Below, piece after piece: positions 1 to 9,900 of a stretch of DNA of 64,000 nucleotides. The position numbers were made by a program, and so were the translations under genes. Below the pieces are notes generated by a model, which ran no database searches, was not told where the DNA came from, and was given only the letters and a program-made list of their open reading frames with translations. How positions within the stretch are numbered: the first letter of the stretch is position 1; each line of letters starts with the position of its first letter. The stretch spans positions 189 through 64,188 of the forward strand of contig CAMEKS010000002.1 of the NCBI GenBank assembly GCA_945921465.1. Reading direction: 5' to 3'. Source of the DNA: an uncultured Clostridia bacterium (GTDB taxonomy: Bacteria > Bacillota > Clostridia > Christensenellales > UBA1242).

Positions 1-76
1 TTATTTTTTAGGAAAAAACTATATTATTCTACAATAACTATATTAATAAAAAAATATTAAAATTTGTTTCAATATA

Positions 77-105
77 TTGACAAGGTTGAATATAAGTGCT
101 AGAAT
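77..105 (+). promoter_or_regulatory. sigma-A type promoter for the Rrf2-nifS-nifU operon
   Basis: TTGACA at 77-82, a 17-nt spacer, then extended -10 TGcTAGAAT ending at 105. It lies 28 nt upstream of the ATG at 133. Confidence 0.55.
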
Positions 106-132
106 AAACCAGACTAAAAAGGTAGGGATTGT

Positions 133-549
133 ATGAAATTATCCACAAAAGGTAGGTATGGGCTAAGGGTAATGTACTTCTTGGCAGTTGAGCCTGATAG
201 TGTAAATACGCTTAGCGAATTATCCAAAAAAACTGGCGTTAATGCACCATATATGGAGAAAATATTAGGAATATTAAAGCGTAAAAAATTGGTAAAAACT
301 GTTCGTGGGGCTAATGGTGGCTATACGGTCGCTAGAGATCCTAAAGAGATAACAATTGGTGAAATATTGCGTTCTCTAGAGGGTAATCTGTATCTAGCAG
401 ATTGTAATAGTGGCATATGTACCAAGAGTTGTCCTACAAAGCGGATATTTGAATATATTTATCGGGAGATAAACGACCTGCTTGACAAAAAGTCATTGTA
501 CGAAATGGTATTAGGGGAGAGTAATAATGAAGAAAGTATATCTAGATAA
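133..549 (+). CDS. iscR: Rrf2 family transcriptional regulator (IscR/CymR-like)
   Basis: N-terminal [14 protein letters not shown] wHTH signature and C-terminal Cys residues. Sits directly upstream of the cysteine desulfurase and scaffold genes. Confidence 0.85.
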   Translation: MKLSTKGRYGLRVMYFLAVEPDSVNTLSELSKKTGVNAPYMEKILGILKRKKLVKTVRGANGGYTVARDPKEITIGEILRSLEGNLYLADCNSGICTKSCPTKRIFEYIYREINDLLDKKSLYEMVLGESNNEESISR

Positions 550-1699
550 TTCTGCAACTACGCAGGTTTATGGAGAAGTTGTAAACGAAATGTTGCCATA
601 CTTTACGGATATATATGGCAATGCAAATAGTTTGCACAAATTTGGTAGGGATGCTAATGCTGGCATTGACAAGGCAAGGGATATTATTGCTAAAGCTATT
701 AATGCCAATAGGGATGAAGTGTATTTTACCTCCGGCGGAACCGAATCTAACAACTGGGCTATTAGGGGTGTAGCGTACGCTAATCAAAAGAAAGGAAAAC
801 ACATAATTGTATCTTCTATCGAACATCATAGTATAATTGATACTTGCAAAGATCTAGAAAGGGAAGGTTTTGAGATAACATATTTGCCAGTTGATGAGAC
901 GGGTATGGTTTCATTATTTGACCTAATGCAGGCACTTAGAAAGGATACTATATTAGTATCAGTAATGAGTGTTAATAACGAAGTTGGTACTATTCAAAAC
1001 ATTAAGGCGATAGGTGAGACTTGCCATCAAAATGGCACGCTATTTCATACAGACGCAGTGCAAGCTATGAGTGTAATTGATTATGATGTCAAAGATATGT
1101 TTATAGACTTAATGTCTATGTCTTCACACAAAATTCACGGACCTAAAGGTATTGGCGCATTGTATGTTCGTAAAGGTGTTGCCATTAAAAAATTTATGAT
1201 GGGTGGGGAACAAGAATTTAATAGACGTGGCGGCACATCTAATGTACCTGCTATAGTTGGTTTTGGTAAAGCAATGGAAATGAACTTGCAGAATATGAAA
1301 GAGTATAACAAGGTAATTTCAAATACTGTTGAATATTTTGTAAAAAAATTAAAATATTCTATTGGAGATATTGAATTTAATGGCAATATGCAGCAAAAAG
1401 CTCCAAGCATAGTTAATGTTAGTTTTAAGTATATAGAAGGCGAAAGTGTTCTGATGTTGCTAGATTTTGAAGGCATTGCTGTATCTACTGGCTCAGCCTG
1501 TGCTTCTGGTAGTCTAGAGAAGAGTCATGTGTTAAAGGCTATGGGCAAGTCACATGAGGATATCAACGGTGCTATTAGATTTTCTTTTGGGGCTGATATA
1601 ACCAAAGATGATGTAGATTATGTTATAGACAAACTTGTGCCTATTGTTGCTAGATTAAGGGATATGAGCCCATTAAAGAAAAAGAAAACAAGGAGATAA
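527..1699 (+). CDS. nifS: cysteine desulfurase (NifS/IscS type, PLP-dependent)
   Basis: Class V aminotransferase motifs: SGGTESNN, the [10 protein letters not shown] lysine site and the active-site loop STGSACASG. In the Rrf2-nifS-nifU context. Confidence 0.9.
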   Translation: MKKVYLDNSATTQVYGEVVNEMLPYFTDIYGNANSLHKFGRDANAGIDKARDIIAKAINANRDEVYFTSGGTESNNWAIRGVAYANQKKGKHIIVSSIEHHSIIDTCKDLEREGFEITYLPVDETGMVSLFDLMQALRKDTILVSVMSVNNEVGTIQNIKAIGETCHQNGTLFHTDAVQAMSVIDYDVKDMFIDLMSMSSHKIHGPKGIGALYVRKGVAIKKFMMGGEQEFNRRGGTSNVPAIVGFGKAMEMNLQNMKEYNKVISNTVEYFVKKLKYSIGDIEFNGNMQQKAPSIVNVSFKYIEGESVLMLLDFEGIAVSTGSACASGSLEKSHVLKAMGKSHEDINGAIRFSFGADITKDDVDYVIDKLVPIVARLRDMSPLKKKKTRR

Positions 1700-1705
1700 T
1701 AATAT

Positions 1706-2080
1706 ATGTATAACGAAAAAGTTTTAGAGATATTTAAGAATCCAAAACATGTCGGTGCTATGGCAGATGCAAATGCTATTGGCAAAGTAGGCAATGTTGC
1801 TTGTGGTGATATAATGCAAATCTTTTTGAAAATAAATAACAAGGGTATTATAGAGGATGCTAGTTTTCAAACTTTTGGATGTGCTGCGGCAATTGTATCA
1901 TCATCCATTGCTTGTGATATGATAATCGGTAGAACTATTGAAGATGCATTGAAGTTGGAAAATCAAGAAATAATCGACATTCTTGGTGGTCTTCCTAATC
2001 ATAAAATTCATTGTTCGGTGCTAGCCAAAGAAGCAATAGAAGATGCAATTAATAATTATAGAAAGAATGAAAAAAAGTAA
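1706..2080 (+). CDS. nifU: Fe-S cluster assembly scaffold protein NifU/IscU
   Basis: Conserved scaffold cysteines (NVACGD, FGCAAAI, KIHCSVLA), 124 aa, with an AGGAG-type RBS just upstream. Confidence 0.9.
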   Translation: MYNEKVLEIFKNPKHVGAMADANAIGKVGNVACGDIMQIFLKINNKGIIEDASFQTFGCAAAIVSSSIACDMIIGRTIEDALKLENQEIIDILGGLPNHKIHCSVLAKEAIEDAINNYRKNEKK

Positions 2081-2090
2081 ATTGTTAATC

Positions 2091-2119
2091 AAAAGGTCGA
2101 GAATATCGACCTTTTTTGT
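2091..2119 (+). terminator. rho-independent terminator after nifU
   Basis: AAAAGGTCGA-GAATA-TCGACCTTTT stem-loop followed by a T-run. Confidence 0.75.
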
Positions 2120-2514
2120 TTGCAAAGATGTTATTTCAATAAAATTATTAATTGTTATTGCTAATGAATTAATTATTAATATTATTTATAAAATCAACAA
2201 AGTTGATATATGGACATTCAATAGGATTTAGAAGAAGTGTCAGTTAATGATTATAGGATTATAATAAGGAGATACAAGTAAAATTATTAGTATTATGTTA
2301 TATTTAAGTATGTGTTATAGATAAATAGTTAAATTGTTAATTTGATTAATTACTTAATTTTGAGAACATATTGTTAACTTAAAATTCGATATATTATTAA
2401 AAATTAATCACTATTCTCTGCATAAATAATTGTATATTTGACAATGTTTTATTTATTTCAATGGCGTATATTTTGTCGAATTTTGCAAACAATAAATGCA
2501 AGGAGGGATATATT

Positions 2515-2655
2515 ATGAAAGAATGTATTTTTGGTTTAGCATTAGGCGTTTTGGTAGGGGCATTAGTTGTCACTAGCAGTTCTAAAGCACAAGATATGGT
2601 GGAAAAAGGAAAAGAAATGATCAGCAAAAATATGAAGAAATTGGCAAAGAAATAA
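2515..2655 (+). CDS. small membrane or YtxH-like protein (46 aa)
   Basis: AGGAGGG RBS at 2501-2507, 7 nt before the ATG at 2515. One hydrophobic helix followed by a Lys-rich amphipathic tail. The upstream in-frame extension has no RBS. Confidence 0.45.
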   Translation: MKECIFGLALGVLVGALVVTSSSKAQDMVEKGKEMISKNMKKLAKK

Positions 2656-2715
2656 GATCAATTTATAAAAGTATTTATTATTTCTTTACTTATTATTGCG
2701 ATTTGATATACTTAG

Positions 2716-2746
2716 ATAGGTGTAATTGATACACCTATTTTTTTTT
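2716..2746 (+). terminator. rho-independent terminator
   Basis: ATAGGTGT-AATTGAT-ACACCTAT followed by T8. It overlaps the ORF-track start at 2726, which argues for the ATG at 2762 as the next gene start. Confidence 0.7.
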
Positions 2747-2761
2747 GAATTGAGAGAGTGT

Positions 2762-3610
2762 ATGAAGAAATTTAATTGGAAGAGATTTGGTTTAATTAAT
2801 GTTGGTGTACTGCTAATGACAGTAGGTATATACTTTTTTAAGATTCCTAATGGATTTTCTACAGGCGGCGTTAGTGGTTTGGCAATAATTTTGGGTAAAT
2901 TGTTAACATTTACAACGCCTGCAACAATAATGTTAGTTATTAATATGTTACTTCTAGTTGCTGCCTATTTTTTTGTTGGCAAAGACTTTTGTATTAAGAC
3001 AATTTATGCTAGTACACTATTCTCTTTGGCGACATGGTTACTAGAGTTTGTCGTTCCAATGGATTCACCATTTACAGATGAACCTTTACTTGAGCTTTGT
3101 TTTGCAATAATACTTACATCTATAGGTTCGGCTATACTCTTTAACTGTAGTTCATCATCGGGTGGAACTGATATTGTCGCAATGATGTTGAAGAAATATA
3201 CTAGACTAAATGTTGGTACTGCATTATTATTTGTAGATTTGTCTATAGCGTGTTCTACATTCTTTGTATTTGATATTAAGACAGGGTTATTCTCGCTATT
3301 GGGGCTATTTGCTAAGTCGTATCTGATTGATGGTGTAATAGAGCGTATGGCAATGTGCAAATATTTTACAATTGTAACAGTTAAGCCAGATGATATATGT
3401 GAATATATAATCAATGAGTTAAAGCGAGGCGTTACTAAACAAGAAGCAACAGGTGAATATACTCAGACTAAGAGATATGTTTTGTTAACAGCAGTTAAAA
3501 GAAGTGATGCAATTAAATTGAGAAACTATATCAAGATAACCGATCCAAGCAGTTTTATGATGATAACTAATACAAGCGAAATAATAGGCAAGGGCTTTAG
3601 GGGAATGTAA
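2762..3610 (+). CDS. YitT family membrane protein (DUF161/DUF2179)
   Basis: Multi-TM N-terminal part with GFSTGGVSGLA and SSGGTDIV motifs, plus a soluble C-terminal DUF2179-like domain. Confidence 0.75.
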   Translation: MKKFNWKRFGLINVGVLLMTVGIYFFKIPNGFSTGGVSGLAIILGKLLTFTTPATIMLVINMLLLVAAYFFVGKDFCIKTIYASTLFSLATWLLEFVVPMDSPFTDEPLLELCFAIILTSIGSAILFNCSSSSGGTDIVAMMLKKYTRLNVGTALLFVDLSIACSTFFVFDIKTGLFSLLGLFAKSYLIDGVIERMAMCKYFTIVTVKPDDICEYIINELKRGVTKQEATGEYTQTKRYVLLTAVKRSDAIKLRNYIKITDPSSFMMITNTSEIIGKGFRGM

Positions 3611-3625
3611 TATTCGACCAAATAG

Positions 3626-3657
3626 AAGTAAAATCGTTTTGATTTTACTTTTTTTTA
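3626..3657 (+). terminator. rho-independent terminator after yitT-like gene
   Basis: AAGTAAAATC-GTTTT-GATTTTACTT followed by T7. Confidence 0.75.
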
Positions 3658-3850
3658 TTGCCTTTAACTTAATATATATTGATATTATTAATTAAGAAGA
3701 TAGATTTGCAAACAGATTGTTTACTTATATATAGCAATGATTTTATATATTTTTATTGGTGTAATATGATTAGTGAATATTTATTGAACAAAAATATAGT
3801 TTTTGTATTTATTAAACTCTGTATTATAGTGATAAGATTAAGAGGTTAAG

Positions 3851-4696
3851 ATGGAAGTGTATATAGAATATGTTATATTAGATAATTTAATAATTAATTA
3901 TTTACTTATGAATACTACACTAAAAATTTGTAATAAAAAAGTGAATAAAACTAAAATAATATTCGCTGATTTATTGGCGGCAATACTTACAATTATTATG
4001 CCGCTAATTTCTAATAATAATTTAATTCAATTGGTTTACAAGTTAATTGTTGGTTTGATAATTATTGTATGTATATACAAGTACAATAACATTAAAGAAT
4101 ATTTTATTACATATCTAATTTTTCTAACTGTAACAATGCTATTTGGTGGATTGATAATTGCTACACTATCTGTATTTGATATTCAATATTCTACTAGTGG
4201 ATTACTATTCTTAAGTTTTGAGATTCCTATAAGTTCTATTGTGTTAGTAGTATATTTCTATTACAAAATATTTGCTGCTATATATAAATATTTAGCGGCA
4301 AAAAACAAAGTATCTAATTATTATTATGAATCAATAATACTTAATAATGGTAAAAAATATACAATATTAGGATACCTAGATACTGGCAATTGCTTATATG
4401 ATATTGACAACAATCCCATTGTTGTTGTCGATAAAAAAACTTTTTGTGACATTTTTCGCAATTTCCCATATCATAAATTAATACTAAAAAAAGTAGACAA
4501 TAATGATATAAGAGATGGACACTATATAGATATAGGTACAGTAAGTAGCAAAGACAAAATGCTTGTATTTAAGATAGACAATCTAATTATTAAACAAGAT
4601 AATAACTGCAGATGTTATAGTGATGTTAGTGTAGGATTATCTAATACTAATTTCAAAAATTATGATATGATATTACATAATGGATATTGCAAATAA
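3851..4696 (+). CDS. spoIIGA: sigma-E processing peptidase SpoIIGA
   Basis: Five N-terminal TM helices and the GYLDTGN aspartic-protease motif. Immediately upstream of pro-sigma-E. Confidence 0.9.
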   Translation: MEVYIEYVILDNLIINYLLMNTTLKICNKKVNKTKIIFADLLAAILTIIMPLISNNNLIQLVYKLIVGLIIIVCIYKYNNIKEYFITYLIFLTVTMLFGGLIIATLSVFDIQYSTSGLLFLSFEIPISSIVLVVYFYYKIFAAIYKYLAAKNKVSNYYYESIILNNGKKYTILGYLDTGNCLYDIDNNPIVVVDKKTFCDIFRNFPYHKLILKKVDNNDIRDGHYIDIGTVSSKDKMLVFKIDNLIIKQDNNCRCYSDVSVGLSNTNFKNYDMILHNGYCK

Positions 4697-4710
4697 TAAA
4701 GGAGTGTGTT

Positions 4711-5427
4711 ATGTTAAAATTTATTAAAAAAATAATTGACAAATTGTTCAACTGGAATGAAAATGACGGAGTTAATCTAGTACATTATTTTTGTGGTACA
4801 GATGCTTTGCCAACTGCTCTAAGTGAGGAAGAAGAGAGGGTGCTTATAGACAAAATGATGCAGGGTGATGTGTCTGCTAAGAATACTCTGATAGAACGCA
4901 ATATCAGGCTCGTGATATACATTGCTAAGAAATTTGAAAATAATGAAGTAGAGATGGAAGACATCGTGTCAATAGGTAGTATTGGCCTAATAAAGGCAAT
5001 CAATTCTTTTAAGGGTGATAAGAATATTAAGATAGCGACATATGCATCTAAGTGTATAGAAAATGAGATATTGATGTATCTACGTAAGATTAGTCGTCAG
5101 AAGAAAGAAATAAGCCTTGACGACCCAGTTAATATTGATGGTGATGGTAACGAATTGGGATTAGCTGACTTGATATATAGCGAAGACAATACACCACATT
5201 TCGAAGTTGAGAAGATGACCGAAAAGCAAATTCTGTGGCAAATACTAGATAAACTTAATGAAAGAGAGAAAGAAATAATGATATTAAGATTTGGTCTATT
5301 GGGAGAGGATGAAAAGACGCAAAAAGAGGTTGCTGATGATTTGGGCATCAGCCAAAGTTATATATCTAGATTAGAGAAGAAAATAGTTAATCAGATTAAA
5401 AAGGAAATATTAAAAGTAGCAAACTAG
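4711..5427 (+). CDS. sigE: sporulation sigma factor SigE (pro-sigma-E)
   Basis: Pro-sequence followed by the ALPTALSEEEE, IERNIRLVIYIAKKF and ATYASKCIENEILMYLRK motifs. GGAG RBS before the ATG at 4711. Confidence 0.92.
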   Translation: MLKFIKKIIDKLFNWNENDGVNLVHYFCGTDALPTALSEEEERVLIDKMMQGDVSAKNTLIERNIRLVIYIAKKFENNEVEMEDIVSIGSIGLIKAINSFKGDKNIKIATYASKCIENEILMYLRKISRQKKEISLDDPVNIDGDGNELGLADLIYSEDNTPHFEVEKMTEKQILWQILDKLNEREKEIMILRFGLLGEDEKTQKEVADDLGISQSYISRLEKKIVNQIKKEILKVAN

Positions 5428-5602
5428 TTGTTATTCTAATTAAAAATTATATCAAAAATTTTTTCAGTCAAATGGGAGGGACTTTCGCTAATATTAAATA
5501 ATAAATATATTGTATTTTATAAATATTGTCTTAATTAAATTTTGAATTTTTAATTATTGTGCTATACTTATAAGGTAATAAATTCTTGAGGCTGAGGTGC
5601 AT

Positions 5603-8593
5603 ATGCCAACATATCCCAACAGGAGAAATTCCATTAATGTCAAAAAGAGAAAAACTGAATCAAAATTGGGTATAATTTTGATTTGCGTTTTTTCTATTCT
5701 TTTACTTGAGTTGGTTTTTAATTTAATTCCATTCTTTAATCAATTTTTGTATGGAGTTATAGGGCTTACTATTTATCCAATTTGTTTATTTTTCATTGCG
5801 TTGGGCATAATGAAATTAAGGCGAGTGAAGATAAAATTAGTTAATACCGAGATTGTATATTTGATAGCAAGTTTTGTATGCTTGCTGGCACTTGTACATT
5901 TATTTACTTCTAGTGCAGCTATTAATAATAGTTATCAAGTGTATCTAGCCGATACATATCATTTAACTAACGGATATACTGCAGGAGGCGTAATATTTAG
6001 TTTCCTTGTTTATCCTATGTATTCTATGACACATTTAGCAGGTGCGTCTGTTTTCTTTGCAATCATTATGTTGGTGCTGATAACATTATTTGTAGATAGT
6101 TTGTACCGTAGAAAATCTACTAGGGTGTTTGTAGAAGAATCTAAAAACACTAACGAGCAAGAGGGCAAAACTGATGAGCAATCATTAGTTCAATCTAATA
6201 CAAGGGATTTGGCGTATGATGAAGACCTATTTATTGCCGACGAGAGCAATGAGCCAAAAGATGATCAAGCGAATAGGGACAAGGCGGCAGCATTAAAAAT
6301 TTTAGGTCTTGAAAAAAATAATGATGATGAGATATTAGAAGATGACGATGATATTTTTGAGGCTGATGATGTACCTACAACCGCAAAAAGGCCACAAATG
6401 GTTGTTCACGATGATGAGGTTGTAGACGCACCAGAGATGGATATAGATTATTCCAATTCTCAGTCTATAAGTGTTGCTAGGCCAAAGTCTGATGTAATAG
6501 ATGCCAAAGCAAAACAAAAAGCCGAGTTAGAGAAGCGTAATCGAGAGTATTTGGATGATATAATGGGCAAAAGCTCGGATATCAAGCAATCTGATACAAC
6601 ACTGCAATCGTCTAATAGCACTTTGACAGCAAAAGAAAAATTATTTGGTTCTGCGTCTAATTTTAATAATGGTACACAAAACAATTCATTTAATAACAAT
6701 TGGCAAACTAAAACATCCATAGATTCGAGTTCTTGGCAAAAAAACGAAAGTAAAGTTACCTGGGGCGAGAGTGAAGAAAAATCAAATAGTAGTTGGCAAA
6801 AATCTGATAGAACTACTAATTTCAACAAGTCTAACAACATTCAATCATCTGGCACTAGACCTAATAGTATCGACTTCAAATCGTCAGATAATACAGATAT
6901 ATATGATGCTAATTTGACTAGGAAATCATACGAGCGAAACAAGGCAGAATATATAGATAGACTTAACAAATTCGATACTGCTTCAGCCGGAATTGCCAAG
7001 GCTAAAGAAGTGTATACTATGGAAGAAAATACTACACGTAATGATGCAAAAGCATATACTTCTAATGTGGTTAATGTTAACGAAATTAATCATATAAAGC
7101 CTAAGAAGGAAATAAAGCGTCGACCTTATGTTCGCCCAACAATTGATTTGTTAGATCAATATGATAATTCAAATATTGAGGTAGAGGACAATGAGGAGAA
7201 GACTAGGAGACTAGAGGCAGTGCTAGATAGTTTTCGAATACCTGCTAAAGTTTGTTCAGTAGCGAGAGGTCCATCGTTCACTAGATTTGAATTAACAATG
7301 CCAGTGGGAATATCTGTCAAGAAGATTGACAATTTGGTTCCTGATATGCAAATGGCATTGGCGTGTAAAGGCGCCATCCGTACCGAGATACCAATCCCTG
7401 GCAAAAGTGCATTTGGTATAGAAATTCCTAATGAGGTTAAAGAAACGGTTGGATTGCGTGATATAATAGACTCGTATGAGTTTCAAAATTCAAAATATAT
7501 TACATCTTTTGGCTTAGGCAAAGATATATCTAATTCGCCAATTATAGGGAATATTGAGAAAATGCCACACTTGCTTGTAGCCGGTACTACAGGTAGTGGT
7601 AAATCAGTTTGTCTTAACTCTATGCTGGTTAGTTTACTATACAAAGCAAGCCCCGAAGATGTTAGATTAATATTGATTGATCCTAAGAGACTAGAGTTCT
7701 CATTATACAATGGATTGCCACATTTGTTGGTTCCAGAAGTAATTACCAATAAGGAAAAAGCTATGAATGCTTTTGATTGGTTGATAGACGAAATGAACCG
7801 AAGAATATCTTTCTTCGAGTCATTGAAAATGGGCATAAGGAATATTGAGGAATATAACAGCTGTTCTAAGGTTAAATCTGGAGAATTGCAGAAGATGCCG
7901 CTGATAGTAGTTATAGTAGATGAGTTAAATGAATTAATGATGCAGACTCGTAAAGAAATGGAGTCGAAGATTGTTCGTATTGCTCAATTATCCAGAGCGG
8001 TTGGAATACACCTAGTATTGGCAACCCAAAGGCCAAGTGTAGATGTAATTACAGGCTTAGTAAAGAGTAATTTGCCATCACGTATAGCATTTGCTGTGGC
8101 ATCGGCTAACGATAGTATTACTATTCTTAACCAAGGTGGAGCAGAGAGTTTGCTGGGCTATGGCGATATGCTTTATTCGCCTATAGGTACGAAGAAGCCG
8201 GTTAGATTGCAAGGTGCGTTCCTTAAGAATTCCGAAGTGGAGCGCGTAGTAAACTTTGTTAAAGACAACAATGATTGCATATTCGACGAAGAATTAGAAG
8301 AACAGATGTTTAACCGAGAACAGGAACTTATGGAAGGTGGCACTGGCGGTACTGCTTCTGATGGTAATAATTTAGATCCATTGATGAAAGATGTATTAAG
8401 GTTTGCCATCAAATCTGGCGGTATTTCTACTACTAAAGTTCAGAGATATCTAAGGATAGGATATCCTAGGGCGGCCAAAATAATAGATGATATGGAAGCT
8501 CTTAACTATATTTCTAAGAAAGACGACAAAAATAATAGGGTAATATTTATGACCCAGCAAGAATTTGAAGAGGTGTTTGGAGAAGATTTCTAA
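5603..8593 (+). CDS. ftsK: DNA translocase FtsK/SpoIIIE
   Basis: N-terminal TM helices, a long low-complexity linker, Walker A GTTGSGKS, the motor domain and a C-terminal gamma wHTH (TTKVQRYLRIGYPRAAKIID). Confidence 0.92.
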   Translation: MPTYPNRRNSINVKKRKTESKLGIILICVFSILLLELVFNLIPFFNQFLYGVIGLTIYPICLFFIALGIMKLRRVKIKLVNTEIVYLIASFVCLLALVHLFTSSAAINNSYQVYLADTYHLTNGYTAGGVIFSFLVYPMYSMTHLAGASVFFAIIMLVLITLFVDSLYRRKSTRVFVEESKNTNEQEGKTDEQSLVQSNTRDLAYDEDLFIADESNEPKDDQANRDKAAALKILGLEKNNDDEILEDDDDIFEADDVPTTAKRPQMVVHDDEVVDAPEMDIDYSNSQSISVARPKSDVIDAKAKQKAELEKRNREYLDDIMGKSSDIKQSDTTLQSSNSTLTAKEKLFGSASNFNNGTQNNSFNNNWQTKTSIDSSSWQKNESKVTWGESEEKSNSSWQKSDRTTNFNKSNNIQSSGTRPNSIDFKSSDNTDIYDANLTRKSYERNKAEYIDRLNKFDTASAGIAKAKEVYTMEENTTRNDAKAYTSNVVNVNEINHIKPKKEIKRRPYVRPTIDLLDQYDNSNIEVEDNEEKTRRLEAVLDSFRIPAKVCSVARGPSFTRFELTMPVGISVKKIDNLVPDMQMALACKGAIRTEIPIPGKSAFGIEIPNEVKETVGLRDIIDSYEFQNSKYITSFGLGKDISNSPIIGNIEKMPHLLVAGTTGSGKSVCLNSMLVSLLYKASPEDVRLILIDPKRLEFSLYNGLPHLLVPEVITNKEKAMNAFDWLIDEMNRRISFFESLKMGIRNIEEYNSCSKVKSGELQKMPLIVVIVDELNELMMQTRKEMESKIVRIAQLSRAVGIHLVLATQRPSVDVITGLVKSNLPSRIAFAVASANDSITILNQGGAESLLGYGDMLYSPIGTKKPVRLQGAFLKNSEVERVVNFVKDNNDCIFDEELEEQMFNREQELMEGGTGGTASDGNNLDPLMKDVLRFAIKSGGISTTKVQRYLRIGYPRAAKIIDDMEALNYISKKDDKNNRVIFMTQQEFEEVFGEDF

Positions 8594-9900
8594 TGAATAA
8601 TCTGAAGAAAAAAATTGGATTTGTTAGCCTTGGTTGTGACAAAAATCGAGTAGATTTAGAAAAGATGATGTACAAGATAGCCGAGGCAGGCCTAACCATA
8701 ACTAGCGATGCAAAACATGCCAATGTAGTGATAATTAATACGTGTTCGTTTATTAAATCGGCTAGGGTAGAGTCAATATCAGCTATATTGGATGCAGCTA
8801 ACTTGAAAAAAAATGGGGAAGTAGAAAAGATAATTGTAACTGGCTGTATTAATGAAATGCAATATAGCGATCTTGCAACCAGTATGCCCGAAGTGGATGC
8901 ATTTGTTAACATCAAAGATGATGACAAGATTGTAAGCATTATTTACAACTTGTTTGATTATAAAGGCGTAGCCAATCCTTGTACTAACATTGGCAGGATG
9001 TTGACAACACCTAAGCATTATGCTTTTCTTAAAATCGCAGATGGATGCAATAATTTTTGTTCTTATTGTATGATACCATATATCAGAGGTAGATATCGCA
9101 GCGAGTCTCAAGAAGATATGGTAAATGAGGCAAAACGTTTGGTGGATAAGGGCACAACAGAGATAATCTTGGTTGCTCAAGATGTTACAAAATACGGCAG
9201 TGACAGAAAAGATGGTACGTCAATTGTTACATTGATTAGAGAACTATCTAAGATAGACAATTTGCGTTGGATAAGGCTACTATATTGTTATCCAGAGAGC
9301 TTAAGTGATGAACTTATTGCTGAGATTAGGGACAACCCCAAAGTATGTAAATATCTAGATGTTCCAATGCAGCATATTGATGACGCAGTGCTTAAGAATA
9401 TGAATAGGCGCAATTCTTATGACAAAATTGTTAATCTGATTACTAAGTTGCGGCGAGAAATACCTGATATCGCAATTAGGACGACATTTATAATTGGGTT
9501 CCCTGGAGAAACAAGACAACAATTCAATAGATTGTGCCAGTTTGTAACGGACTACAAGTTAGATTATGTTGGTTTTTTTACTTATAGCAGAGAAGAAGGC
9601 AGTAGGGCGGCCACATTTGACCATCAAGTAAGTGAAGCGACAAAACAAAGAAGGCTACACACTATATCCGAATTACAATATCAAGTGGCTATTGACAATA
9701 ATCGTAAGCATATTGGCGATGTTTTGGATGTGGTAGTAGATGGATTTTGCGAAACTGGTGCAATATGCCGTAGCCAGTATCAAAATCCAGAGTCTGATAA
9801 TGTCATATTAGTCAAAGACACTTCATTAATTATTGGCAAACACTATAAAGTTAAGATAACTGATTATGAAGATTACGATTTAATAGGAGAAAGGTTATGA
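8593..9900 (+). CDS. rimO: ribosomal protein S12 methylthiotransferase RimO (radical SAM, MiaB family)
   Basis: UPF0004 N-domain (VSLGCDKNRVD), radical SAM CNNFCSYC and a TRAM C-terminus. In the conserved rimO-pgsA order. Confidence 0.8.
   Translation: MNNLKKKIGFVSLGCDKNRVDLEKMMYKIAEAGLTITSDAKHANVVIINTCSFIKSARVESISAILDAANLKKNGEVEKIIVTGCINEMQYSDLATSMPEVDAFVNIKDDDKIVSIIYNLFDYKGVANPCTNIGRMLTTPKHYAFLKIADGCNNFCSYCMIPYIRGRYRSESQEDMVNEAKRLVDKGTTEIILVAQDVTKYGSDRKDGTSIVTLIRELSKIDNLRWIRLLYCYPESLSDELIAEIRDNPKVCKYLDVPMQHIDDAVLKNMNRRNSYDKIVNLITKLRREIPDIAIRTTFIIGFPGETRQQFNRLCQFVTDYKLDYVGFFTYSREEGSRAATFDHQVSEATKQRRLHTISELQYQVAIDNNRKHIGDVLDVVVDGFCETGAICRSQYQNPESDNVILVKDTSLIIGKHYKVKITDYEDYDLIGERL

Noticed and set aside
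542-829. Numerous 60-170-aa ORFs overlapping larger genes on the opposite strand or in other frames (for example 542-829, 1135-1476, 3004-3414, 6460-6840, 15407-15766, 17476-17919, 45149-45649, 60055-60516)
   Set aside because: All are nested in well-supported conserved genes. They have low-complexity or hydrophobic translations typical of antisense frames in AT-rich DNA, and they lack RBS.
2726-2761. Upstream extensions of ORF-track starts (2726, 4687, 17386, 22728, 39474, 46577, 48610, 50127, 55986, 63511)
   Set aside because: In each case a downstream ATG (or ATT for infC) has a properly spaced Shine-Dalgarno sequence and matches the family N-terminus. The extension overlaps a terminator or the upstream gene.
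3611-3622. Spo0A box (TTCGACC) upstream of spoIIGA
   Set aside because: It is a single 6/7 match about 230 nt from the gene, directly at the yitT stop codon. No second box or positioned promoter was seen.
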